Assembly (NCBI GenBank): GCA_964016885.1
Contig: OZ024745.1
Location: 79,918,001-79,982,000, forward strand
Direction: 5' to 3'
Source of the DNA: Eledone cirrhosa
Lineage: Eukaryota
DNA: 64,000 bases
The notes beneath the pieces were generated by a model that worked only from the letters and a program-made list of their open reading frames with translations, did not search any database and was not told where the DNA came from. The position numbers and the translations under genes are program-made. Of this stretch, positions 25,154-40,880 are shown piece by piece (the stretch's first letter is position 1; every line of letters begins with the position of its first letter).

Positions 25154-26634
25154 GAAGGGGTGAACAACCGAACCAACACCAGAGCAAAAGAAAAGACAGC
25201 AACGTCGCGAGGAGTACCGGGAAACCTCTCTAATAATTTTTGAGGCAAGCCAGCACACTCGCAGCGTTGCTTCGGGTGATGGCGAGGTTAAAGCGCTGGA
25301 AATGAAATTCATATATACACAGAGGTGTATAGATTTTTAGTAGAGTGCTGTTGAAGTGTGTATACGTTTTGGGGACACACTGTGTATATATATAAATATA
25401 TATAGCGACAGTCGATCGACTTTCGTCAAATCGGACCGAGGAAACAATGTTACCATTGGTTTTTCCAATTGCTAATGCTCTCTATCGACAACGTGAAATA
25501 AAGTGTCTTGTCCAAGGACATAACGCATCGTCCGGTCTGGGAATCGAACTCACAACCTCACGATTGCGAACCTAAAAGGAAAAACAACTGTACGAATACG
25601 TATGTGCAGAAACAGTCACTTCTCCTGATCGATGGTTTTTACACTTCACCTCAACAATTACAGTTTTACATTCAACGTAGCACTTTTTTTCTTCTTTCCA
25701 TGACGTTATGAAACTGAAACTAGGTGTTTTTCCAGTTTCTGAAACTGAAACTACTATGGCGGAGGAGGAGTGGGAAGAAATTAACCATGACATTTTTTTT
25801 TCATAAGAAAATCACTTTCATTTTGATTGGGAAATCCCCTAATTCAAATTGTATATTCCCCTAATCCAAATTGGAAATCCCCTCATTCAAACTCAAAGTC
25901 ACCTAAATCTTTAGACTTTGCTAGGTTTACTTTAATTCTAAACTCTGCTTCTATGTCTGAAACTTTTTCTCTAGTTCTATAGTTTCAGTTGTGTGTGTTA
26001 GATCATTAATATAAAAGTATTTCCATGAACAACCAGTCTTGAATTCTTCTGTTATGGCCTGGAGAACTGTATAATAAACAGAACTGAGCCTTGGTGGACT
26101 CCCATCTGCAAATTAAATTCATAATGTTGTTGAAGTGTGTATACGTTTTTTGGATACCCTGTATGTGTATGTGTGTATATATATCAACTAGAAATTGATT
26201 GACATATAAATAAGCATATGAAACAATCACAGGGGATAATTTGTAAACGTGTGTAAGCACACATAGCTAGGTAGGTAACTAAATAAAGTTTACCTAGACC
26301 TTCAAAAATAGATACCTTATAAATTGATTATTCTTCCTTGTATATATTCCATTAAAGAAATATATTTCACCAATTAATCGATTGGTTAACGACTGATTGT
26401 TTCATATGTCAATCAATTTCTAGTTGATATAAAATGCTCGGATCTATTCATTAGAATCTTGGATTATATTTTACGGGTGTTATGACGCATGTCTATCTGG
26501 CATGACACCCTTAATTTAATTTAATTTAATTTATCTTAATTTGTATATATATATATATATATATATATATGCTACCGTGGGTCCCCCGGGGCCCACCTGC
26601 TATTGCGGAACCTGGCAACCTGGCCAGTTCACCA

Positions 26635-26689
<55 letters not shown>

Positions 26690-26690
<1 letters not shown>

Positions 26691-27040
26691 AGGGGGTGTA
26701 ACTAGGAGTTACTGAAGGTTCACCCGGGTGAGCACTCGAAAGCTCCTTCAAACATAGATCGAAACGACCCCAAACAAAACTGGCCGACTTGATCTGGGAC
26801 CTCAAGGACAGGAATATTGAACCCCAGATTTCGTGGTCAGTAAAAAGACGCGTGGCATATGTCCCCAGTGACAGAAACCACTGCAGATTATGCCTAGCTG
26901 AGGCGGCGGAAATAATTAAACTAAATTCCGCCATAAACTATAGGTCGGACATAATTGTCAATTGCAGACACAATAGGATGACCACCTTTTCTACACAAAC
27001 TTTCGCGGGAGGGCCACGCACTAACCATGACCCACCATAA
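26690..27040 (+). pseudogene. Penelope-like element GIY-YIG endonuclease C-terminal fragment
   Basis: [37 protein letters not shown]...CRLCLAE...[13 protein letters not shown] resembles the PLE C-terminal pattern (L.x.IW.LK, W.I, CxLCxxE, LN.R.E, CRH). It is disrupted by (TA)n. Confidence 0.75.
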
Positions 27041-28398
27041 TAATAACCACATCTGCCCCGTATCACCATCGCCCATGTCAACGAATTTTAATTCTAATAT
27101 TACTTTACTTTATTTTATTTTATTGTATTGCATTTAACCATATGTAAGCCCGTATTTTGTATATCATGCCGCATACATAACCCACACCAAAAATCACACT
27201 AACCATGACACACCATATTAATAACCACATATACCCCGTCTCAACATGGCCCACCTCAATGAACTTATTGTATTGTACTCCATGTAACCATTTCTAAGCC
27301 CGCATTTGTATATCATGCCGCACACATCACCACCACCACCACCAAAATTCACATCAACATACACACCTCATCGTTGCAACATCGTATTAGATCGGTATCC
27401 TATGATACGTTCTACCTTACAATCCACAATGACAAGCGACCTTGTAAATATAATGTCGATCATATCACACCATCGCCACCACCACCACCCCACACATCGT
27501 CATATGCCTACCATACACACCTACAACCTCATCCCCCCATGTTCCCTCTATCTACCCTAACCTACAACCCCACGCTAAATTCGACCCTGTAATTGTACTG
27601 TCGCACGCACACACAACCACCGCCACCACTAGATACATCCAAATACCTCAACAATCATTATCATTAACATCATCAACACATATCACCCCTCGCTCCCAGA
27701 TCGACTGTATTATATACCCCCCCCCCCCCTGCCTTACCCTATAACACACCGTAACCTCTGATCATGTAATCATCTTGTCGAACATATCACCCCAGCACCA
27801 CCACCATCACCATGTCCACAACACACATCGCCGTACGTCCATAAACACCTTCTAACCGGTATTCGATCCTGTATATATATTTTTGTCGCTCACAACTCCA
27901 CCACCACCACCACAAAACACAACTCCATACTTCACCAACACCAACAACGCACACCCCCACTCCCCAACCAACAATAGCGTGTGTGTCGGTGTGTAAGTAT
28001 TCTTACATATACGGACGTATGAGTGTGCGTGCGTGTACGCATAGTTATTGTATGTGTGTGTATGTGAGCACAGGTGTATACATGTGTGTATGTGTGGGTA
28101 CGTAGCTGTATATAGATGTGTATGTCTATGCGTATGTGTATGTGTGTGTGTCTATATGTATGTGTATGTATGTGTGTATATGAGCACGTCTACATATATG
28201 TATATGCGTGAATCTGACTATATGTGTAGGTGAGCTCATGTACGTGCATGTATGTGTATATGTGCGTGTATATCTGTGTGTTGTCTGTACATGTGTGTGT
28301 GTATATGTATGTATATATATATATCCCACTCTCAAGAGCGTGAAATTAATAAACATTCATTGTACTGCCTCTCTGTTTTGTTCCTGTTCAAATTTTCC

Positions 28399-28473
<75 letters not shown>

Positions 28474-28474
28474 A

Positions 28475-29138
28475 GGCATAGGTTAATTATAACGTCCGCG
28501 AAAGTGAAAGTCAATTTTCTGACAAGTGAATGTGTTTTTTGTTTTTTTTACAGTGAAATTTACGATAAACTCTTTGTTTATTTACAACAGGTCTCTATAG
28601 TGATATGGTGTTAATTAGTATTGCGTGTGTGATTATTTTCTCTTATATATATATGTGTGAGTGTGTATATGTGTGTATATATATGTGTGTCTGTATGTAT
28701 ATATATATGTGTGTTTGTATATATATATGTGTTTGTGTCATCATCATCGTTTAGATTTTTTTACCCAAATCCCTTATCATTCTCTGTCCTTCTTATGACC
28801 CGGCTTTAATTTGTTTATAGTTGGTGCCAACTTTGGCAAGATATTACAAAAACATCTAAACGATGATGATGACACAAACACATATATATATACAAACACA
28901 CATATATATATACATACAGACACACATATATATACACACATATACACACCCACACACATATATATAAGAGAAAATAATCACACACGCAATACTAATTAAC
29001 ACCATATCACTATAGAGACCTGTTGTAAATAAACAATGAGTTTATCGTAAATTTCACTGTAAAAAAAACAAAAAACACATTCACTTGTCAGAAAATTGAC
29101 TTTCACTTTCGCGGACGTTATAATTAACCTATGCCATA
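28475..29138. repeat. Fold-back with ~290-bp near-perfect inverted arms
   Basis: ggcataggttaattataacgtccgcgaaag...gtttagat inverts at ~28850-29138, around an ~85-bp spacer. Duplicated at 36717-37380. Confidence 0.85.
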
Positions 29139-30291
29139 TGTATATATATATGTATGTGTATGTATATATATGTGTGTGTATAAATGTGCGTGAGTATACG
29201 TGTGTGTGAGTGTGTATGTGTATATTTTGTATACGTGAGTGTGAGTCCATGTGCCCATACCCATATGTGTGTATGGGTATATGTATGTAAAACCCCTTCT
29301 ACATTGCCTCTCACCTTCCCCCCATCTCCGTCGTTCGCCACCCCCAACGATACTCCCCCACTCTCCATATTCGTGTCCGCATGCGCACACGCACATACAT
29401 GTGTGTACATATACATATGGCTGTGTGTGAGTGTGTGTTGATATGTGTGGGCAAGGATGTGCGTATGTGTTTTGTGGTGGGTGTGTTTATACAACAATAT
29501 GTGTGCACATATATACCTATATGTGTGTGCATATATGTATATACAAAGTATCTGTCAGACGATGAGCGTCTAGCTATGTATCTAGGTAATGACCTTGACG
29601 CCACCAATACATCCACCACACCACCACAAACGCCATTACCATAGACAGCGGCACCAATACCACACCCCCACACACACGCCAACCCGTCTACTGACAACCC
29701 ACTAACCTCATACCACAGCCCATCCCACTAAGCAACCATAACCACCATCATATCATAACATCCACCCCTACATACTCTACACGCCAAGGCCAATCAACCA
29801 CCACCACACCACAGCCCATCTCATCCACCCATCATCACAAACATCTCACCATCACACCCACCCCCATATACACTACAGGCCAGTACATCGCCTTGACCCT
29901 TCCCACCAATCAAAACAACTCATTTTGTCAAACTCTTCAATATCTGCCTTTACCACATAGCATGTATTTCATTTTCTTATAGCATTTTAAGAAGGTCCGT
30001 GGAGCTGCAGATTATTGAGTCGGGTAGGATCGATATAGATCGAACCTTGAGCTGATCAGTGGCAAAACGCGCGTCACCTATCAATAAATGCAATGAAGGA
30101 ATAATCAATCGTCCTTTTTATCCTTTCTATATATATATATATATATATAGTAATAATAATAAATTTGAAGACTAAAATCCAAAGAGGGCTCGATAAGGAT
30201 AAATATATATCAAATATATTAGTTTCAGAAGATCCCGTTGAGGGTGAAAGCAGCGATTCTTTGCTTAAACTTTAATCTGTTATTTTAATAA

Positions 30292-30361
<70 letters not shown>

Positions 30362-30427
30362 CGCTATAGTCACTTATATATTATGGAATACTGTTGGCTT
30401 TTTGCTACAATGTTTTCTATACCTTTC

Positions 30428-30477
<50 letters not shown>

Positions 30478-30742
30478 GGAAAAAAATGAAACGAAATTTC
30501 ATTTCTCACTCTTAGTACGGCTGTTACTTAAATATAAGTATGTATACGTACATACATATATGTATACAGACGTACAGTAGTATGTATATATATATATATA
30601 CATACATGCACATATATATATGTACGTATGGATTCACCGAACATTATTATAATGCTCGGTGTGTTTGTAAAGAAACATCCCGAATTAAGCCGTACAGTGT
30701 CTAGCAACCATCGTTGTTCATTTGTTCAACACTGACAAAGGA

Positions 30743-30785
30743 ACGATGTACTAGTTTCAAGCTTATTAGCTATCGTCAGCAACGT
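30743..30785 (-). ncRNA. Type I hammerhead ribozyme (duplicate of 22577-22619)
   Basis: Identical motif in duplication copy 2. Confidence 0.78.
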
Positions 30786-33700
30786 ATACCTTCCTGCCAG
30801 ATGATTGAACGTCTGAAAGTATATACTTTCCTTATGCATATTAACGGCCGAGCAGCCCAATTTGCAGATCGAGTGAGTTAATCAGCAGGGGTACCGTAAC
30901 TGCCGTACTAAGAGTGAGAAATGAAATTTCGTTTCATTTTATTCGTTTATCGTTTTCGGTACCCCGGCCGATTAACTCACAAGGGGGTGGAGGTCTAACC
31001 TCTAATCTGTACCTTTTCTTCCTAACTACTTCTCAATTCTTATTATTACTCACCACAACATTATCCATTCTTCGATCTTTCCTCATATCATTGGCCATAA
31101 AAATTATTTTTTTAATACATTATAGTATTACCATTAGAAGTCCTTCGTAAACATATAATTTTTTGACGTTAGATTTTTTTTCTTCCTTAAATTTTTTTTA
31201 TCTCCTCCATCTTTTCATACTCGTTTTAAACTACTACTTAATTTGACTTTTACATATTACAATACATAAAAACAAACTTAAACCCTAACTAATTTCTTTT
31301 AATACATTATTACCATTAGAAAATATTTCGTAAACATAAACTTTTTGATGTTAGATATTTTCTTCCTTACACATTCTTTTCTTCTTTTCCTTCCTCGCTC
31401 ATTTTTAAACAAATTATTTACGTACACATTACATAAAAACAAACTTAAACCCTAACTAATTCCTCTAAATTCATAACTCATTCATTCTTCTTCTTCTTTT
31501 CACATTATATCCTTAATAACATTAATATTTTTATTTTAATAATACATATTAATAAATTCTTTTCGGCGATATCCAATTTTAGTGGACTAAATGCTGCTTA
31601 CGTGCTGTAGTTGCTGTTTACTTCAATGTATGAGGCTATTCCAACAAATTTACATTCCCTTTTTTTTAGCCGTTAAAAGAAATATAGATTTATTTATTGT
31701 TTTGTTTTTTTGCGATTTATTTGCCACTGGGGCATAGATTTCTTTATTTGCCACGTTTTTGTTTGTTTGTTTTTGCCGATCTGTGGGGATATGTCGCCGG
31801 CCAACAAATGGTCCTCTTCTTCCGATACCTCTTCGAAAGAAGGATGAAGGTGGAGAGAAAGGCACTCAGTCTCAGCCAAATCCATGAAAGATAGGTGAAA
31901 GTAGCAATAATGGCCCGTGTAAGTGGCCCATCTCTCTATATCGGCTTGTACAGGTAAGAGAAGAAGGGAGCACCCCTCTCTCTGTGCTCCCTAGCAGAAA
32001 GGTCGCACAATTTCTACGGGGGTGTGTGTGACCCCAAAAGGCTGCCTCTCTATTGAGGACTTAAACAAACAAACAAACAAAAACGTGGCAAATAAAGAAA
32101 TCTATGCCCCAGTGGCAAATAAATCGCAAAAAAAAAACAATAAATAAATCTATATTTCTTTTAACGGCTAAAAAAAGGGAATGTAAATTTGTTGGAATAG
32201 CTTCATACATTGAAGTAAACAGCAACTACAGCAAGTAAGCAGCATTTAGTCCACTAAAATTGGATATCGCCTTCTTTTCCTCGCACATATTATTAAACCC
32301 TTCAATATACAAACCTTAATTTAATACTATTCTTAATTCCTTTTTCTTCATGCATAAACGTCATTAACTTTTAATTTTAAAATCTTTTAAATTATCTATT
32401 ATCTTCCAACGGCTTTTTAATTTCTCTCTGTGAGACAATCAGATGTAAAGACTATCTCTCTCTCTCTATCACCCATCTCTCCTCCTCTCTCATCCTTCTT
32501 ATACCCCTCCCCCACCATTCTTTACTCTCATCTCTTCTTCTTCCTTACCTTTTCCACCCCCCCCTCACTTTTTCCCAATCTCATACATCAATCTTAATTT
32601 ATTTTTCATATGTTGATGTACTTTTCTACTTTTGGCACAAGTACTGGTACTTTATTTTATCGACCCCGTAAGGATGAAAGGCAAAGTTAACCTTGGCGGG
32701 ATTTGAACTCAGACCATAAAGGGCCGTAAGAGTTTGTTATATATATATATGTGTGTGTGTGTATATATATATATCATCATCATCATTTTACGTCTTTACA
32801 TTTTCATTAATATTACAACATTAAAAGAATATATCCTTCTGAAACAATCGCGAACAATTTATAATGTTATCTAAGCATTTGTAATGTTATTTTTGTATAT
32901 ATTTAAAACATATTTGTTATGTTATTCTACTGTAAATTTATTTATATGCTTTTCCACAAAATATCTGGTACCGTTTCTTCCTATTTTCCACAAAATATCC
33001 TTTGGCAATGTAAGAGAAGCAGCATTTATCATTACTTATTATAATATAGATTACTCTGTGTAAAACATTCAAATTCAGCTGATCGATATCGAAACAATTG
33101 TCATATATTAATAAAGTTTGTATAAAACTATAGAACATTTTTCCACGATCGTGGAAAAATGTTGTTGTATAGTTTTATACAAAAATAACATTACAAATGC
33201 TCGTATAGTTATATACAAAAATAACATTACAAATGCTTAGATAACATTATAAATTGTTCGCGATTCTTTCAGAAGGATATATTCTTTTAATGTTGCAATA
33301 TTAATGAAAATGTAAAGGAAGGGGTGAACAACCGAACCAACACCAGAGCAAAAGAAAAGACAGCAACGTCGCGAGGAGTACCGGGAAACCTCTCTAATAA
33401 TTTTTGAGGCAAGCCAGCACACTCGCAGCGTTGCTTCGGGTGATGGCGAGGTTAAAGCGCTGGAAATGAAATTCATATATACACAGAGGTGTATAGATTT
33501 TTAGTAGAGTGCTGTTGAAGTGTGTATACGTTTTGGGGACACACTGTGTATATATATAAATATATATAGCGACAGTCGATCGACTTTCGTCAAATCGGAC
33601 CGAGGAAACAATGTTACCATTGGTTTTTCCAATTGCTAATGCTCTCTATCGACAACGTGAAATAAAGTGTCTTGTCCAAGGACATAACGCATCGCCCGGT

Positions 33701-34707
33701 CTGGGAATCGAACTCACAACCTCACGATTGCGAACCTAAAAGGAAAAAACAACTGTACGAATACGTATGTGCAGAAACAGTCACTTCTCCTGATCGATGG
33801 TTTTTACACTTCACCTCAACAATTACAGTTTTACATCCAACGTAGCACTTTTTTTCTTCTTTCCATGACGTTATGAAACTGAAACTAGGTGTTTTTCCAG
33901 TTTCTGAAACTGAAACTACTATGGCGGAGGAGGAGTGGGAAGAAATTAACCATGACATTTTTTTTTCATAAGAAAATCACTTTCATTTTGATTGGGAAAT
34001 CCCCTAATTCAAATTGTATATTCCCCTAATCCAAATTGGAAATCCCCTCATTCAAACTCAAAGTCACCTAAATCTTTAGACTTTGCTAGGTTTACTTTAA
34101 TTCTAAACTCTGCTTCTATGTCTGAAACTTTTTCTCTAGTTCTATAGTTTCAGTTGTGTGTGTTAGATCATTAATATAAAAGTATTTCCATGAACAACCA
34201 GTCTTGAATTCTTCTGTTATGGCCTGGAGAACTGTATAATAAACAGAACTGAGCCTTGGTGGACTCCCATCTGCAAATTAAATTCATAATGTTGTTGAAG
34301 TGTGTATACGTTTTTTTGGATACCCTGTATGTGTATGTGTGTATATATATCAACTAGAAATTGATTGACATATAAATAAGCATATGAAACAATCACAGGG
34401 GATAATTTGTAAACGTGTGTAAGCACACATAGCTATGTAGGTAACTAAATAAAGTTTACCTAGACCTTCAAAAATAGATACCTTATAAATTGATTATTCT
34501 TCCTTGTATATATTCCATTAAAGAAATATATTTCACCAATTAATCGATTGGTTAACGACTGATTGTTTCATATGTCAATCAATTTCTAGTTGATATAAAA
34601 TGCTCGGATCTATTCATTAGAATCTTGGATTATATTTTACGGGTGTTATGGCGCATGTCTATCTGGCATGACACCCTTAATTTAATTTAATTTAATTTAT
34701 CTTAATT

Positions 34708-34774
<67 letters not shown>

Positions 34775-34836
34775 TACCGTGGGTCCCCCGGGGCCCACCT
34801 GCTATTGCGGAACCTGGCAACCTGGCCAGTTCACCA

Positions 34837-35286
<450 letters not shown>

Positions 35287-36642
35287 TAATAACCACATCT
35301 GCCCCGTATCACCATCGCCCATGTCAACGAATTTTAATTCTAATATTACTTTACTTTATTTTATTTTATTGTATTGCATTTAACCATATGTAAGCCCGTA
35401 TTTTGTATATCATGCCGCATACATAACCCACACCAAAAATCACACTAACCATGACACACCATATTAATAACCACATATACCCCGTCTCAACATGGCCCAC
35501 CTCAATGAACTTATTGTATTGTACTCCATGTAACCATTTCTAAGCCCGCATTTGTATATCATGCCGCACACATCACCACCACCACCACCAAAATTCACAT
35601 CAACATACACACCTCATCGTTGCAACATCGTATTAGATCGGTATCCTATGATACGTTCTACCTTACAATCCACAATGACAAGCGACCTTGTAAATATAAT
35701 GTCGATCATATCACACCATCGCCACCACCACCACCCCACACATCGTCATATGCCTACCATACACACCTACAACCTCATCCCCCCATGTTCCCTCTATCTA
35801 CCCTAACCTACAACCCCACGCTAAATTCGACCCTGTAATTGTACTGTCGCACGCACACACAACCACCGCCACCACTAGATACATCCAAATACCTCAACAA
35901 TCATTATCATTAACATCATCAACACATATCACCCCTCGCTCCCAGATCGACTGTATTATATACCCCCCCCCCCTGCCTTACCCTATAACACACCGTAACC
36001 TCTGATCATGTAATCATCTTGTCGAACATATCACCCCAGCACCACCACCATCACCATGTCCACAACACACATCGCCGTACGTCCATAAACACCTTCTAAC
36101 CGGTATTCGATCCTGTATATATATTTTTGTCGCTCACAACTCCACCACCACCACCACAAAACACAACTCCATACTTCACCAACACCAACAACGCACACCC
36201 CCACTCCCCAACCAACAATAGCGTGTGTGTCGGTGTGTAAGTATTCTTACATATACGGACGTATGAGTGTGCGTGCGTGTACGCATAGTTATTGTATGTG
36301 TGTGTATGTGAGCACAGGTGTATACATGTGTGTATGTGTGGGTACGTAGCTGTATATAGATGTGTATGTCTATGCGTATGTGTATGTGTGTGTGTCTATA
36401 TGTATGTGTATGTATGTGTGTATATGAGCACGTCTACATATATGTATATGCGTGAATCTGACTATATGTGTAGGTGAGCTCATGTACGTGCATGTATGTG
36501 TATATGTGCGTGTATATCTGTGTGTTGTCTGTACATGTGTGTGTGTATATGTATGTATATATATATATCCCACTCTCAAGAGCGTGAAATTAATAAACAT
36601 TCATTGTACTGCCTCTCTGTTTTGTTCCTGTTCAAATTTTCC

Positions 36643-36715
<73 letters not shown>

Positions 36716-38533
36716 AGGCATAGGTTAATTATAACGTCCGCGAAAGTGAAAGTCAATTTTCTGACAAGTGAATGTGTTTTTTGTTTTTTTTACAGTGAAA
36801 TTTACGATAAACTCTTTGTTTATTTACAACAGGTCTCTATAGTGATATGGTGTTAATTAGTATTGCGTGTGTGATTATTTTCTCTTATATATATATGTGT
36901 GAGTGTGTATATGTGTGTATATATATGTGTGTCTGTATGTATATATATATGTGTGTTTGTATATATATATGTGTTTGTGTCATCATCATCGTTTAGATTT
37001 TTTTACCCAAATCCCTTATCATTCTCTGTCCTTCTTATGACCCGGCTTTAATTTGTTTATAGTTGGTGCCAACTTTGGCAAGATATTACAAAAACATCTA
37101 AACGATGATGATGACACAAACACATATATATATACAAACACACATATATATATACATACAGACACACATATATATACACACATATACACACCCACACACA
37201 TATATATAAGAGAAAATAATCACACACGCAATACTAATTAACACCATATCACTATAGAGACCTGTTGTAAATAAACAATGAGTTTATCGTAAATTTCACT
37301 GTAAAAAAAACAAAAAACACATTCACTTGTCAGAAAATTGACTTTCACTTTCGCGGACGTTATAATTAACCTATGCCATATGTATATATATATGTATGTG
37401 TATGTATATATATGTGTGTGTATAAATGTGCGTGAGTATACGTGTGTGTGAGTGTGTATGTGTATATTTTGTATACGTGAGTGTGAGTCCATGTGCCCAT
37501 ACCCATATGTGTGTATGGGTATATGTATGTAAAACCCCTTCTACATTGCCTCTCACCTTCCCCCCATCTCCGTCGTTCGCCACCCCCAACGATACTCCCC
37601 CACTCTCCATATTCGTGTCCGCATGCGCACACGCACATACATGTGTGTACATATACATATGGCTGTGTGTGAGTGTGTGTTGATATGTGTGGGCAAGGAT
37701 GTGCGTATGTGTTTTGTGGTGGGTGTGTTTATACAACAATATGTGTGCACATATATACCTATATGTGTGTGCATATATGTATATACAAAGTATCTGTCAG
37801 ACGATGAGCGTCTAGCTATGTATCTAGGTAATGACCTTGACGCCACCAATACATCCACCACACCACCACAAACGCCATTACCATAGACAGCGGCACCAAT
37901 ACCACACCCCCACACACACGCCAACCCGTCTACTGACAACCCACTAACCTCATACCACAGCCCATCCCACTAAGCAACCATAACCACCATCATATCATAA
38001 CATCCACCCCTACATACTCTACACGCCAAGGCCAATCAACCACCACCACACCACAGCCCATCTCATCCACCCATCATCACAAACATCTCACCATCACACC
38101 CACCCCCATATACACTACAGGCCAGTACATCGCCTTGACCCTTCCCACCAATCAAAACAACTCATTTTGTCAAACTCTTCAATATCTGCCTTTACCACAT
38201 AGCATGTATTTCATTTTCTTATAGCATTTTAAGAAGGTCCGTGGAGCTGCAGATTATTGAGTCGGGTAGGATCGATATAGATCGAACCTTGAGCTGATCA
38301 GTGGCAAAACGCGCGTCACCTATCAATAAATGCAATGAAGGAATAATCAATCGTCCTTTTTATCCTTTCTATATATATATATATATATATAGTAATAATA
38401 ATAAATTTGAAGACTAAAATCCAAAGAGGGCTCGATAAGGATAAATATATATCAAATATATTAGTTTCAGAAGATCCCGTTGAGGGTGAAAGCAGCGATT
38501 CTTTGCTTAAACTTTAATCTGTTATTTTAATAA

Positions 38534-38614
<81 letters not shown>

Positions 38615-38784
38615 GCCAATCATTGTAAGTTTGAATCTAACTGACATGCAAAAAGATATAAGGTAGACCAAAATCACAGAGAGAAAGAGAGGGGGGGAGA
38701 AATGAGGTTTTAACAGAAAAGAAACATGGATTACAGGTTAAAATATAGTCTAGATAGATGTGAAACAAAACGAGGATGTAGTTT

Positions 38785-39240
38785 ATAAGTCGACCTTAAG
38801 TAGGAGCAATAACATTAAGAAATACATGTACGACACCACAACACTTTGTTTTGAAAATTTTGAAAGTAGGTTTATAAGTATGAGTTTTCATAAGATTCTC
38901 ATAGTTGTCTCTGTAGCCTAGCAGTAGGTACTAGAGATGGTAGAGACCCTGGCCTTGGGTTCAATCCTGGGCAAGAGGTACATGTAACCTTTTTCAATTT
39001 TTATTTTACAACCAATAGAAAAAAACTGAAAAGGTTTACCGGGAACCCTACTACCGACCAGAATCAATTTTCAGACCAGGACCACCACCATCTATGATTC
39101 CTGCAACTAGGCCACTGAGACAGCTACAAAAGTATAATGAAAATTGATAATTATAAACTTACTTTCAAAATCAAAGTTAAAAAGCTGTGGTGTTGTTTGT
39201 GGCTTTCCTAGAGCTACTAGTAATATTTAGGGTCGACTTC
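38785..39240. repeat. Old diverged fold-back element with tRNA-like segment
   Basis: aagtcgacc / tttgaaagtaggtttataa / gtctctgtagcctag / aaccttttt are mirrored by aaaaggtt / ctaggccactgagac / ttataaacttactttcaaa / ggtcgactt. Confidence 0.55.
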
Positions 39241-39414
39241 TGGTCATAATATTTTTTATTGGAGAATGTAAGATATTTTTCCACAAAAATTTAATTGCAC
39301 TGCTTTGTTTCTACTTATGTAATTTTTGAAAAATGTTATTTATTCATTATAAAAATGAAATGATAGCATTCTATATGTAGATCGGCCCCCTTCATCTCCT
39401 GGCAACCAATATTT

Positions 39415-40088
39415 TTAGACCCAGTCCACTACTGCATAGAGGAGCTTCGGCATGGTGAAGCAATTCCTCAACAGGAAGAGTTCTGGGTGGCCGTCGGTTC
39501 CTGGCTCCATGCCTTGTCCTCCTTTTCCACTGGCACGCAGCTGGATAACGATAGTCTGCGCATCGGCGTTTCCTTGAGGCTTGGCCTCCAGCTCTGCGAG
39601 CCACAGAAATGTGCTGTGGATCCACCGTGGACTCTTTCGGTTTCCACCCGCTTTCCTGTCGCCATAGTGCCGGCCGCCTTCTATGCCATGCTGCCTCAAC
39701 AAGGTCATAAAGCATGGCTTGGATGCTGCAGGCTTCCCCTCCCCGCTCAAGCCGGTGGAGCTGGACCGAGGGGACGGCAAAAGGCTAGACGGCATGACCA
39801 CCTTCTCGTTCCGGTGGCAAACCCCTCGTCTGGGACTGGGATGCCACTTGCAGCGACACTTTCTCCAGCCGCAACCTGGTGCAGTCTGCGACTAACTCAA
39901 GTTCTGCTGCACGTCGTGCTGAGGAGTCCAAACTCTCCAAGTACCAGTCACTCTCTGACAGGTTCGCAGTCATGCCCTTGGCAGTGGAGACTTTTGGTGT
40001 CCTTGGCCTTAGGGATATCTCCCTACTTACCACCATAGGCGCTGAGCTGGCCAGCCGCAGGTGTGAGCCTCGCAAGTTGGAATGGTGA
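39415..40088 (+). pseudogene. CRE-like non-LTR retrotransposon fragment (zinc knuckle + restriction-like endonuclease)
   Basis: GC-rich island reading GSWLHAL...LDNDSLRIGVSLRLG..LCEP.KC, LDRGDGKRLDGMT and AEESKLSKY....FAVMPLAVETFG across frames. Confidence 0.75.
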
Positions 40089-40654
40089 CTACCTAGTGGA
40101 AGTCACCATCCCATGACAACTAAGCAACATTTACTCAGCTTCAGAAAACTTCCAAATACCACACAGTTCTCAAGCTCTCCTGTTGCCAAAACTACAACTA
40201 ATTGTTCTGGTCCTTTGCTAAATGAATCTCTACTAATTTTGCAGAATCCTCTTTTTCTCCACTTCTCAATCATGATAGTTTTGTGTGTAGTACTACTCAT
40301 GTGGAGAAATCCTCCACCTTCAGCACCAACTCTACATCCAACTCCACACTGTACACATTAAATAAATCTCACCTTAATTCATCCACCCAACATTTCATAT
40401 GACTTTCCACTTGAAACACTCCAAGTACAAAAGTATGTCCAGTCACTTCAAACCAACATGGCCACCAGCCCTTACAATATCCTATCTTCATGTTATATTA
40501 CTATCTTAGTAGTGAAATAATTTATAATTTTAGTAAATCCCTCAAAAGTTTCCATTTATTAATTAAATGAAATAGAGTTTATTTCATTAGGAATATGGTC
40601 ATGATATGGTTTGAGAGATTTGGTTTTTACTTTTTTTTTATTCTTTTACTGGTT

Positions 40655-40880
40655 TCAATCATTAGACTGTAGTCATGTTGGAGTGCCTCCTTCGTTTAGT
40701 TTATCAAATCAACCCCAATACTCTTGTACTAGCTACTGTCATTAGACTGTGGCCATACTGGAGCACCTCCTTGATTTAGTTGATCATATCAGCCCCGGTA
40801 CTCTTTTACTGGCTACAATCATTAGACTGTGGCCATGCTGGGGCACCTCTTGATTTAGTCAATTACATTGACCCCAGTAC
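40655..40880 (-). mobile_element. Three tandem SINE-tail-like repeats
   Basis: cattagactgtggccatgctggagcacc...atcgaccccagtact-like unit occurs three times. Confidence 0.6.

Larger units (their letters stand above)
22196..30359. repeat. Tandem segmental duplication, copy 1 (~8.2 kb)
   Basis: Starts with gacgctatagtcac after (TA)n. The content recurs at +8164 to +8246, with identical ORF translations such as 22748/30914 and 29381/37623. Confidence 0.95.

Noticed and set aside
30225-30262. cagaaga-tccc(gttga)gggt-GAAA motif (also in copy 2)
   Set aside because: Core U4 is mutated and there are no convincing stems I and III.
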